Assembly (NCBI GenBank): GCA_002269645.1
Contig: NIVC01004004.1
Span: 1,111-65,110 of the forward strand
Direction of reading: 5' to 3'
Origin: Macrostomum lignano
Taxonomy: Eukaryota
DNA length: 64,000 nt
A program made the translations under genes and the position numbers. Shown piece by piece: positions 51,750 through 60,670 of this stretch; positions within the stretch are counted from its first letter, which is position 1, and each line of letters starts with the position of its first letter. A model generated the notes under the pieces. It saw only the letters and a list, made by a program, of their open reading frames with translations, did not search any database and was not told the DNA's origin.

Positions 51750-51970
51750 ATCCAGTAGAAAATTGTATACAGGTGCAGGTGTTATAGCTACATGTACACA
51801 GTTGATACAGATGCAGGTGTTAGCTACATGTACACAGGTAACACAGATGCAGGTGTTAGCTGCATGTACACAGGTAACACAGATGCAGGCATGTACACAG
51901 ATGCAGGCATGTACACAGATGCAGGTGTTAGCTACATGTACACAGATGCAGGTGTTAGCTACATGTATAC
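51750..51970. repeat. Degenerate tandem repeat GATGCAGGTGTTAGCTACATGTACACA
   Basis: Direct reading. Confidence 0.85.
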
Positions 51971-52431
51971 ACTGCTTTCTCTCGTTCCAAACAATATTCC
52001 TGACGATGCGATGACCTTGGTCTTCGAAACGCGTCATAACAACCTACATGTTGATTTTCGGCTTCCACAGTTAGGGAAATTTTGCTGACTCTACTCACAC
52101 ACAGGTTGCATAGCCACCAAAATGCCTTTCTCAACCCGTCAGGTCAAGTACGCGACTTGTGCCTTTTAGGATTAAACTTGATGGGCGTGAAACGCACGAG
52201 TCTTAGGTGAATCCTATATACTAAAAATGTGATGTTTATATATATATATATATGATAGATTAGAGAAAAAATGGCTTAACCGATTTTCATGAGACTTGCA
52301 CTTGAGAAGTAGGTATTATGAAGTTCTGCAGCTGCATTTCCATCCACCTGAGACGCTCGTAGCGGACGATGCACCTCAGTGGTCTCACCAGGTCCTAGCC
52401 ACTTATTGACAGATGAACAAAGCGAGACGAG

Positions 52432-52432
<1 letters not shown>

Positions 52433-52488
<56 letters not shown>

Positions 52489-52490
52489 GA
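52433..52490. repeat. (GA)n microsatellite
   Basis: Direct reading. Confidence 0.95.
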
Positions 52491-52766
52491 GAGAAGTTAG
52501 GAAAGAAGTAAAATGGCTGCCAAGGGCAGTCAAGTACTTATCAAGCCTGAACGCACCAACGATTCATGCATTAACCAGTCATGCAAAAAATGTATTTCCG
52601 CCGATGACTCCATGCATTAAGCATTGTTTTCATGCATTCATGAGGCAGAGGAAAGAGGATGATTAGGCAATAAAATTATTGTCAATTGTTTGCTTCAGAC
52701 ATAAAAGTCAGGTAGAATCGCAATTTTTGTCAGGTGAGGGACTGACGGCTCCGAACGCATATCGAT

Positions 52767-53712
52767 ATGGACAGCAGGCTGTTGACGGTGGTAGCTGCGC
52801 TATCGCTGCTTGTCACCGCCTCTGCTGCAGCTGGTATGTCATTAAAATTGACTGAGTATCGCCCAATCACGAGCCAAATTCTTAAGAATTACCCTCGTAC
52901 ATGTACACGGTAGTACACCTAAACTTAATTCCAGAATTCTCGATTCAGCCAGTGCAACCAGTAGCAATCTCAGGGCACAGGACTTTTCCCGGTCTAAACG
53001 AGAGAGACTGCGCGATGAGGTGCGAATCGCTCGGCCTGCTCTGCTCGGTTGTTGCATTCGTGCGGGAATCCGGTCTCTGCCTGCTGTCTGCCATCCGGAA
53101 TGCCAGCTTCGGAGCTGCTGCTGGCAGCGGCCAGGTGTTTCGCCGATCCGGCAGCGGGCTGAGTTTTGAGCCGTGTGAGTCGGAATTCGGTTGATAGGGT
53201 TTTATGGTAATGCCGCCCGGCCCTAGGCAATGATAAACATTTTACCTGTAGCTGGTAAACATCTTTTTTTGAGATGAAAAGTCATAACTGGAAGGACGCT
53301 ACCTCGAACATCAGAAAATTTAATTGGGAGGTCTACGCTGCGACATGCATTAGCAATATAAGCTTTTGCAGCGTTTTATCAGCACTAAATTTGCAGTAAC
53401 TCACTTTCTGAACTTTCCCTGCAGTCCTGCAGTAACAGAGGAACCTGTCATGTATTTTGTCCTCCGACGCTGATTCAAACATTTAATCGAAGATTGACAA
53501 AAGACAAAATAAAAAACACCAATAGTTATTAATTTTTAGTGCATTATGTACGATTCTTAATTTCAGAATAAATCTGTACCAAACTTAATCAGATATTGTG
53601 GACGGCAGGACGTTCTGGGTGTTCTTGAAACGCGTTCTGGGCAATTTGAGCTTTGCTAAGACCTGGTCTGAATACGAAAATGGATTTAGTGATGGAATCG
53701 ACTTCTGGATTG
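52767..53712 (+). CDS. PAN/apple plus fibrinogen-domain protein (paralog 2), exons 52767-52833, 52935-53174, 53593-53712; the last exon is displaced beyond the window by the Polinton
   Basis: Same exon phases and near-identical exon sizes (67/240/120) as paralog 1; SFAKTWSEYENGFSDGIDFWIG followed by GTAAG. Confidence 0.85.
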
Positions 53713-53715
53713 GTA

Positions 53716-53973
53716 AGTAGTATAGAAAAAGACGCTTCTAGACCCAGAGCACTTTTTTAATGCCCGTTTTAAGGGTCTAGAGGGGGGACACGGGGGGTAA
53801 ATAAAAAAACACATCTAAACACCATTAATACATCTAATCACCCATAATCACCCCTAACAATAAAAATCACTTCCAAACACTCCCCAACACCCCCCTCGCG
53901 TCCCCCCTCTTAAGACCTTACAAACGGCCATTAAAATAAGGTCTGATCTAGAAGCGTCTTTTTCTATACTACT
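53716..53973. repeat. Terminal imperfect palindrome (fold-back) at the Polinton left end
   Basis: 53716-53742 is the exact reverse complement of 53947-53973; imperfect pairing continues ~55 bp inwards. Confidence 0.92.
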
Positions 53974-54030
53974 ACTCTATAACCCCTTGCCCGCGCCGCA
54001 GGCGCGAAGGGTCTTTTTCTGTTACTAAAA

Positions 54031-54345
54031 ATGACCCGAGTTTACACCTTTTCTGTTAGTGATACTTTTGAGACTGTTGCTAAAAATGCAGAGATAATAA
54101 AACAACATATTTTGAATGGAATAATTGATGAAGTTTATTTAAAATATGACGACAAGCATGACCTAAAACTTTATCCATTAGAGCTAGATGAGATGTATGA
54201 TTTAGAACAAGAGGGTGAGTTAATATTTCAACTTGGAGATTATTTAAATTCGGATGATTGGGAGGTTAGATCAACAGATTCCGAATCAACAAATAGTTCA
54301 TATGAAACCAGCGATTCAGAGAATGAAAGTGAAATTTTTATGTGA
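54031..54345 (+). CDS. Polinton hypothetical acidic protein, 104 aa
   Basis: Intact ORF with TAAAAATG start; no recognisable motif. Confidence 0.6.
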   Translation: MTRVYTFSVSDTFETVAKNAEIIKQHILNGIIDEVYLKYDDKHDLKLYPLELDEMYDLEQEGELIFQLGDYLNSDDWEVRSTDSESTNSSYETSDSENESEIFM

Positions 54346-54361
54346 AAAAAATATTTAAAAA

Positions 54362-54586
54362 ATGAATTATTATTCTATAACAGAAACGACTTTTATTATG
54401 AAAAATATATATAAAAAAATGAAGGTAAACTATTCCTATATCGGAAATGTTCCAATTAATGAACTTAATGAAAATTTAAGTCTAATCACTGTTGAACAAA
54501 TGTCAATAATAATATTAGTAACAATTATTGTAATAATATTGTTTTTGTTTGTAATAAAAAATTTACTACCATGTTGTCTTAAGTAA
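54362..54586 (+). CDS. Polinton small membrane protein, 74 aa
   Basis: Intact ORF with A-rich start and C-terminal hydrophobic segment IIILVTIIVIILFLFVI. Confidence 0.55.
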   Translation: MNYYSITETTFIMKNIYKKMKVNYSYIGNVPINELNENLSLITVEQMSIIILVTIIVIILFLFVIKNLLPCCLK

Positions 54587-54596
54587 CTGTTTGAAC

Positions 54597-55574
54597 TTAG
54601 TTCGCAGACATTATCTGGTTCTCATAAAAAGAACCCAATATTTCTTCACCGTCCTTATCAGCAATTATATAGGTTGTAGGATTGGTATTTAAAACTTTAC
54701 TGATAGTAAATTTCTCACTTATCTTCCAATATCCTTTTCTTCCTTTTTCAAACTTATCTTTCCATTTATAGATATAAACAGAATCACCAACCTTAAAACC
54801 TTTAGTTTTCTTTTTTTCAAAATCTCCAAAAGTAACCTTAACATTTTCAGGTTTGTTATAAGCTTGTTGAGGAGCCATCTTTATGGCCGAATGATATGAA
54901 TTGTTATAATCTTTTACAACGTCTGGTAATATTTTTACCCATTTTTGGTTTCCATTAAGACTAAACTGAAACCACAATTTCTTACCTAAAGTTCGATTAA
55001 ATCTTTCTATTAATGCGTTTTTACTCTCTCCATAAATAGAATAAATTTTATTAATATACTCCCCATTCGCGTCCTTTTTCCTTTCTTGTCCTTTTTCAAA
55101 ATGATACAATTTATACATATGAGGATTGTAAAATTCTTTTCCTTCATCAACACACAACCGGTTGCTTTTTTCATCAAGGCTTCTAAAAGCAGCAGCAACC
55201 TCCTCTCCTTTTTTGGATTTTAAAGGAATTGCCCACGCGTATCGAGTAAAACCATCTAATATGGTTAAAATATATTTATATCCTTTATCGATCGGCATAG
55301 ACATTAAATCAGCATACCAAATTTCGTTCTTTTTGAAGTTCATGATTTTTCTATAAAATTTAGGTTTTCGATATTCTTTATGAAGAATCTTTGCCTCATC
55401 AGAACTTAACCCACCGCCACTTAACAACAAACACTCAACACAATTATTTCCATGTTGATTATAATTAATTCCCAAACCAAATTTAACTTTAGATTGTAGA
55501 ATCTTTTTAACCATCCACCTAGTTAATTTTTGACCTACCGATAATCCCTGCAAGTTATCTAATCCTTGAATCAT
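54597..55574 (-). CDS. Retroviral-type (rve) DDE integrase of Polinton type, probably the 3' part of a PLA2-integrase fusion gene
   Basis: WYADL (D), CVDEGKEF (D), LIERFNRTL (E), LTILDGFTRYAWAIPLKSK, and C-terminal FKVGDSV..FEKG..W..F.I.KVLNTNPTTY..EEI.G.FYE. Confidence 0.95.
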   Translation of the reverse strand: MIQGLDNLQGLSVGQKLTRWMVKKILQSKVKFGLGINYNQHGNNCVECLLLSGGGLSSDEAKILHKEYRKPKFYRKIMNFKKNEIWYADLMSMPIDKGYKYILTILDGFTRYAWAIPLKSKKGEEVAAAFRSLDEKSNRLCVDEGKEFYNPHMYKLYHFEKGQERKKDANGEYINKIYSIYGESKNALIERFNRTLGKKLWFQFSLNGNQKWVKILPDVVKDYNNSYHSAIKMAPQQAYNKPENVKVTFGDFEKKKTKGFKVGDSVYIYKWKDKFEKGRKGYWKISEKFTISKVLNTNPTTYIIADKDGEEILGSFYENQIMSAN

Positions 55575-55600
55575 TTTTTGATCGGCTTCATGTTTTAATC

Positions 55601-56206
55601 TTAATGCTTCCTCGGCGGGTTCTTGTCAGCATCTCTATATGCTAAGTCGTGATAGTATGCTAACCAATCAATCCCATTTATTGGAATTGAATCAGATTTT
55701 GGAGTATTGTCAGGATTTAATCTCAAATCTAAGCGAGTGCCGGGTAGTTTACCCTCAATCTTTCGAAAGAGGCTGGAGCACACCTTAAGCGGCGATAATT
55801 ACCGCCCATCTCCGTCTGCTCTCTGAACCTTCTCCTTATATTTAAAATACTTAGGAGCTTGGCTGCGCATTGCCACCGTGTCTTCAAGCTTTTTACCTTT
55901 GGGAAGAGGAGTTACCTCTGTTCCTTCAAAAGATTTCTCAATTGAAGTGGTACTTGAAGCTGTATGACGGGTTTCACGCAATTTGGAGATGTCGCCACAA
56001 ATAGTGACTAGCAAGGACATTGCCTTCCTCACTCAGGCCACGGGTTAACCTGTGAAGTTCATTGATGGTAGGTGTAGCTCACCCGTATACCTCCCAGTAG
56101 TAAATATTGGTGGTAAGCTTGTTAATCCTTTTTGAACATCTAAAAATCCTCCTTCAAATACTAATTGATCGAACCTACGGTTCGCGAACTTCGTTCGGTT
56201 GCTCAT
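55601..56206 (-). CDS. Parvovirus-type phospholipase A2-like domain gene, exons 56206-56048 and 55744-55601, split by a group I intron
   Basis: Joining the exons gives GELHLPSMNFTG|PGTRLDLRL..PINGIDWLAYYHDLAY (Ca-loop GPG and catalytic HDxxY). Confidence 0.88.
55745..56047 (-). ncRNA. Group I self-splicing intron (IC1-like, 303 nt, no internal endonuclease ORF)
   Basis: P1 CAGGU/GCCUG with U.G at the splice site; P3 CAUCUCC/GGAGAUG; P element AAAUUGCGUGAAA and Q element AAUGCGCAGCC forming P4; P5abc with A-rich bulge and GAAA loop; P6 CUCCU/AGGAG; P7 GAGAGCA/UGCUCC; P8 GGCGG/UCGCC; P9 CCUC/GAGG; P9.0 AG/CU. Removal restores the frame. Confidence 0.92.
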
Positions 56207-56756
56207 TTTTAATAGCCATAAAAATACATGATAGCACCAATTGTTTTGCAAACTCTTCGATAGTTGGTTGTTTAACTTTTTTATAGCGATTATCTACGCT
56301 AGTTAAGTATCTTTTATTTCTCCAATTTTCAGACTTTTTAATCTGATCATCGTCTTTGTAACTAAATGAAGAAGCGGGGATGAAATGATCAATATCTAAC
56401 TTTCCAGTATAATCTTTTGATACATAATAATTTCTTGTGAAATTTAACCAATCAAAAAAGAATTCTTTTGTGCAACCAAGATATGAGATATAGTCCTTGT
56501 CATTAAAATTTTTCAACGCCCAATTTATTCTATTTCTAATTAAAACAATATGTTTGTAATTATCATCAGTGTGATACTTATTTTTTCTATATTCATTCCA
56601 TTTATCTTTATTGTTTTTTATCCAAATAGCAGATGAGGTATTATGACAAGATCGACAATCATTTCTAAATTTTTTTGAATCATTTCTCCAAAAATAAAAT
56701 TCTTTTGTCATCGGTTTTTCTTGTTTACACTTAGTACAAATCTTATTAGTTTCCAT
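56175..56756 (-). CDS. Free-standing HNH-type endonuclease with N-terminal Zn ribbon, 193 aa
   Basis: CTKC..CRSC; YLGCTKEFFFDWL; LDIDHFIPASSF..NWRNKRYL..DNRYK, the HNH/HNN pattern of viral homing-like nucleases. Confidence 0.8.
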   Translation of the reverse strand: METNKICTKCKQEKPMTKEFYFWRNDSKKFRNDCRSCHNTSSAIWIKNNKDKWNEYRKNKYHTDDNYKHIVLIRNRINWALKNFNDKDYISYLGCTKEFFFDWLNFTRNYYVSKDYTGKLDIDHFIPASSFSYKDDDQIKKSENWRNKRYLTSVDNRYKKVKQPTIEEFAKQLVLSCIFMAIKNEQPNEVREP

Positions 56757-56783
56757 TTTATAAAAAATAAATTTACCAATTAA

Positions 56784-57449
56784 TTAAACACCAGTATGTC
56801 CAGCAGCTTTCGCAGCAGCTAAAACAAGTTTTCGTGGTGTTTTAAATCCATCACCAACAGCTGGTTTGTTATTTATAGAATTAACAATCCTTTTATACAA
56901 GCTGGTATTTTTAACAGCTCCTCCTAACTCATCATAAAAAATTCTAGCACTTATTAATTCATCCCTAGTATATAAATCAGGGTTAAACTTTACCCTAGGG
57001 TTCATAACAATATTATATGCTCCACCCAATTCTCTATATAGTTCATTTCGATTTTTATCAACTCCACCAATTCGATAATTATTATTACCTAAATCTGTCG
57101 CAGCAATACTAGCTGGTACTCTTGGATATTGTTCCCGATCGCCCCGCTCTGCACGTCTAATCTCTGCAATTCTCAATTGTGCTTGATCAACATCATAAGC
57201 AGGCGGCTCATCTAAAATTTCATCCTCTTTTGGCTCCGTATTTTTAGCAATTTTTTCCAGAAGATCTTTATCTGTTTTTTCTAGTTCACTAATTTTCCCA
57301 GTAATAGGATTAACAAAAGGAGCAGCAAATCTTTCGCCAGCTAATTGTATTCCTAACTTTCTTTTTTGTAAATTTCTAACAAAATCAGAATATCTTTGCT
57401 TCTCTTTATAAATCGCTAACTCTCCATCAACGTCCATAAATTGACTCAT
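56784..57449 (-). CDS. Polinton hypothetical protein, 221 aa
   Basis: Intact ORF with TAAAAAATG start, divergent from the capsid gene. Confidence 0.7.
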   Translation of the reverse strand: MSQFMDVDGELAIYKEKQRYSDFVRNLQKRKLGIQLAGERFAAPFVNPITGKISELEKTDKDLLEKIAKNTEPKEDEILDEPPAYDVDQAQLRIAEIRRAERGDREQYPRVPASIAATDLGNNNYRIGGVDKNRNELYRELGGAYNIVMNPRVKFNPDLYTRDELISARIFYDELGGAVKNTSLYKRIVNSINNKPAVGDGFKTPRKLVLAAAKAAGHTGV

Positions 57450-57483
57450 TTTTTAACATAAAAAACTTTTTTAACTTAAAAAA

Positions 57484-58956
57484 ATGGCTGAAACAAAAAC
57501 TATGTGGAGTGATGAATTTCATTTCAAAAAGCACCGACAGTATATTAATGAGGTCAGAGCAAGAGATTTAAATTATACCCTACCAACAAGTGATAATTCA
57601 AATAACTTTACTACTGGAACGGTAACTTTTGACATCGGCGCAACCAACACTATATTGGATATGAAAAATGCGTTTTTCCGCGTTAGATGGTTGTATACTA
57701 GAAATGATGGAACTGCTCTTGCAGCCGGAGATATCGCAGATCGATCCGGAATAATAATAGAAAATGATTGGTTTTATAAATGTTTTTCCCAAGCTCAACT
57801 AACTGTTAATGGTGCTGAGGTTGAGACATCATCAAACCCCGCAGAGATTAATGGAGTTTTGAAACATTTAAATTATACTTATTTATCAAAACAAGTTGGT
57901 GATAATGTTGGGTGGATGCCGGATAAAGGTAACGGGCAAGCATTAGTTTTCCCTAATGTACAAAACGCAGCCGGTGCAGATACTGCAGCGCTAATTGTTT
58001 ACCTTAATACAAACATAGTTCCAGTTGTAACCACTATGACTAATACAAAAGATATTAATACTGGTTTTATAGATCGTCAGAATAAATTCCCAGTCGCGGT
58101 TTTAACCACAGCAACAGCATATGAGCAGGACTTTTCAATCTTTCCACTATTTGGGTTTTTCTCACCAAATCGGGTATGGAAAGGATTAAAATTTGGGATA
58201 CAGTTGCAAATATCTGGTGGATATCAGCCTAGGATACTTTATGGAACCTCAATTTCAACCGATATAGCAGTTCGTATAGATTCAATTCAATTAGTCGTAC
58301 CAACTATTGAGGTAACAGCCCCACTTTTAAAACACATCGATAATCAGTTAACGCATGATCAGGAAATATTTTATTTGAATCGTCGACATTTTATGCGAAC
58401 CATTAATAATAACCAGGATTCATTCCAGTGGCAAATACTGACATCAAAACGTCGGGTGAGATATATTTTTGTTTGGTTTAAGATAACAAATAGAAGGAGT
58501 AAAAGAGCAAATGGGGATTTATATTGGCTTCAATCCGGTGCCATAGCAGAACAAGCAGCCACCGCAACAGACAATGCGGCTGCAGCTATTAACGAGTTTA
58601 ATGTTCAGAATATCCGCCTGCAGGTTGATGATCAATATTATCCGGTTAAAGACCCCCTAAATTTAAATACAGCAAATAATAATGTTAATGATTTTATAAA
58701 ATATTATCAAGATTATGCCAAAAATGAAGCGTATGCCGTCCCTCAGTACACACCCACAGAGTTTCTAAACATTCATCCAGTGGTTGTTTATGATCTAACG
58801 GCACAGAAAGAAAACGTAGCCAATATTGGACTTAATTATATGTTAGAGATTAATAAAACCGGTAATCAGGCACTTGACGCCCACGTATTGTTTCTAGAGG
58901 AATATATGTCAATTGCTAAAGCTGATGGCACGATTGTTCGGGACGCGCCACTTTAG
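57484..58956 (+). CDS. Double jelly-roll major capsid protein, 490 aa
   Basis: Size, position and Polinton MCP-like motifs FSQAQLTVNGAEVE..NPAEI, VRYIFVWFK, NIRLQVDDQYYP and PVVVYDLTAQ. Confidence 0.88.
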   Translation: MAETKTMWSDEFHFKKHRQYINEVRARDLNYTLPTSDNSNNFTTGTVTFDIGATNTILDMKNAFFRVRWLYTRNDGTALAAGDIADRSGIIIENDWFYKCFSQAQLTVNGAEVETSSNPAEINGVLKHLNYTYLSKQVGDNVGWMPDKGNGQALVFPNVQNAAGADTAALIVYLNTNIVPVVTTMTNTKDINTGFIDRQNKFPVAVLTTATAYEQDFSIFPLFGFFSPNRVWKGLKFGIQLQISGGYQPRILYGTSISTDIAVRIDSIQLVVPTIEVTAPLLKHIDNQLTHDQEIFYLNRRHFMRTINNNQDSFQWQILTSKRRVRYIFVWFKITNRRSKRANGDLYWLQSGAIAEQAATATDNAAAAINEFNVQNIRLQVDDQYYPVKDPLNLNTANNNVNDFIKYYQDYAKNEAYAVPQYTPTEFLNIHPVVVYDLTAQKENVANIGLNYMLEINKTGNQALDAHVLFLEEYMSIAKADGTIVRDAPL

Positions 58957-59040
58957 TGTCGCAGTGCAAAGCACGTCGCACCATTGTAAAATGAGTGCAG
59001 GTCTCCGACCGTCGCGCCTATTTAAATTATTTCTTTAAAA

Positions 59041-59835
59041 ATGGTAAAGGCAAAACACAATAAAATATTTCCAAATGATCCTTTTCTTTGTTTAGTAATC
59101 GGAGGATCAGGTAAAGGAAAAACACACTTTGTTTACGATTTATTAACAACAGATGGAATGTTAGACTATAATAATTTAATAATTTATACTAATAAACCTA
59201 GAATAAAATATTATGAATTTCTTAAACATGGATTAAAAAACAAATTAAAAAAAGATGTCTTGTTTAGAATGTTAAGAGCATATGAGCAATATGAGGATGA
59301 TGACGAACCGCGATTTAATCTAGCAGACATTGAGGATTTATGTAAAACAATGGCACAACAGCCAGAAAACATCACCGATCGCCCCGAAGGGTCGCGGACT
59401 TCGTCCGATCGCGCCCCAACTGTTAGAGTATCAACCCGATTAGCCTATGATCAAATTCCAAAACATGATAAAACACTAATTATTTTTGATGATTGTATTA
59501 ATGACGGTGATCAAGAATTGCAAAAGGAAATTTTTGTTAGTGGTAGAGGAGATGGAATTGGAGCTTTTTATCTTACTCAATCCTTTAGAGAATTAGAATC
59601 GATTATAAAAAAGAATGCTAGCTGTTGTGTAATGTTTGATTTAGATAACTATGATCTACAAAATATTCACGCTAGATTTAATCCCGGATTGGATGCAAAA
59701 CCATTTAAAAGTATGTGTAAAAAAATTTGGGATGATAGCCAATACAAACATATTTATATCAATCCGAGGTTAGAAAGGAAACATAGAATTTTAACAAATT
59801 TGATAAAAGAAGATAATGAGGAAGAAGAGACATAG
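59041..59835 (+). CDS. A32-like genome packaging ATPase, 264 aa
   Basis: Walker A GGSGKGKT, Walker B LIIFDD, and GR..GIGAFYLTQS. Confidence 0.93.
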   Translation: MVKAKHNKIFPNDPFLCLVIGGSGKGKTHFVYDLLTTDGMLDYNNLIIYTNKPRIKYYEFLKHGLKNKLKKDVLFRMLRAYEQYEDDDEPRFNLADIEDLCKTMAQQPENITDRPEGSRTSSDRAPTVRVSTRLAYDQIPKHDKTLIIFDDCINDGDQELQKEIFVSGRGDGIGAFYLTQSFRELESIIKKNASCCVMFDLDNYDLQNIHARFNPGLDAKPFKSMCKKIWDDSQYKHIYINPRLERKHRILTNLIKEDNEEEET

Positions 59836-59855
59836 CACAATTTCCCACTATAAAA

Positions 59856-60670
59856 ATGACTACAAATTTAAATACTATAAAACAATTGGTAGATCGAACT
59901 AATTCAAAATTTAGTACAACATTACAGTTTATAATGACAACCAGCGAGCAACGGATTCAATTGCGCGATCCATTACAACTTGATCAAAGCCTAAGTTATC
60001 AAATAGGTTTAATTCTATTTTCGGTTTTCAACATGCCTCAATTAATTAATGCAACAAATAATCAATTTAGATATTCTAAAGATTCCGGAGCCAATTGGAC
60101 AACATTTAGCGTTAACCCAGGAGCGTATAGCTATACTGATTTGAATGCTTATATAGAAGGAAATTAACAACTAATGGTGATTGGGTAGCAGGAGCAATTG
60201 TTATAGGTGTTGATTTACCGTCTGGCAGATTCACACTATCACTAGGATCCGGATATCAGGTTGATTTCACAATTGCAAATTCACTCAGAACCATACTTGG
60301 ATTTAATTCCCGAATAGTTACCACATCAAGCACCGGTGATACAGTTGGAAATATTGAGGGTGGAGTAATACAATTAATATAACAACCGACATATCAAACG
60401 GTGGTTATATAACAGATAATAACGGAGTTTTGGTTCAACGTGGAATTATTTATTCAATCCCATTTCTTGCTGTTCCAATTGGAGAGAAAATGATTGTTGC
60501 ACCCAAACCCCAATATATTACCTTAAATCAATATAGTTCAATCAATTTATATTAGGATTGTAGATGAAAGCGATAGATTAATAAGTTTTGGTGGGCAATC
60601 AATAACAATAATTTTACGTATAAAACAGGTTTACGAACCTTTGGTTCAGGACTTTGTCCGTTTCCTATAG
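59856..60670 (+). pseudogene. Minor capsid (penton) protein, frameshifted as assembled
   Basis: PLQLD..Y.IGL..FSVFN..I...NN.FRY..PGAYSYTDLN at the start. The end IYIRIVDESDRLISFGGQSITIILRI is reached only through several 1-bp shifts. Confidence 0.75.

Noticed and set aside
53716-53976. Independent MITE-like mini-Polinton
   Set aside because: No target-site duplication follows the inner ACTACT, and viral genes continue directly
55799-56032. 77-aa ORF inside the intron as a homing endonuclease
   Set aside because: Short, overlaps the ribozyme core, and has no LAGLIDADG, GIY-YIG, HNH or His-Cys motif
55745-56050. Insert explained as a piggyBac-like TTAA element or a spliceosomal intron
   Set aside because: The ends share only CCC/GGG with no second TTAA, and no GT-AG pair restores GPGT; the group I fold explains the whole insert
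56486-56496. AGATATAGTCC resembling the group I S element on the plus strand
   Set aside because: It is the antisense of HNH codons (KDYIS) with no matching P, Q or R elements positioned upstream
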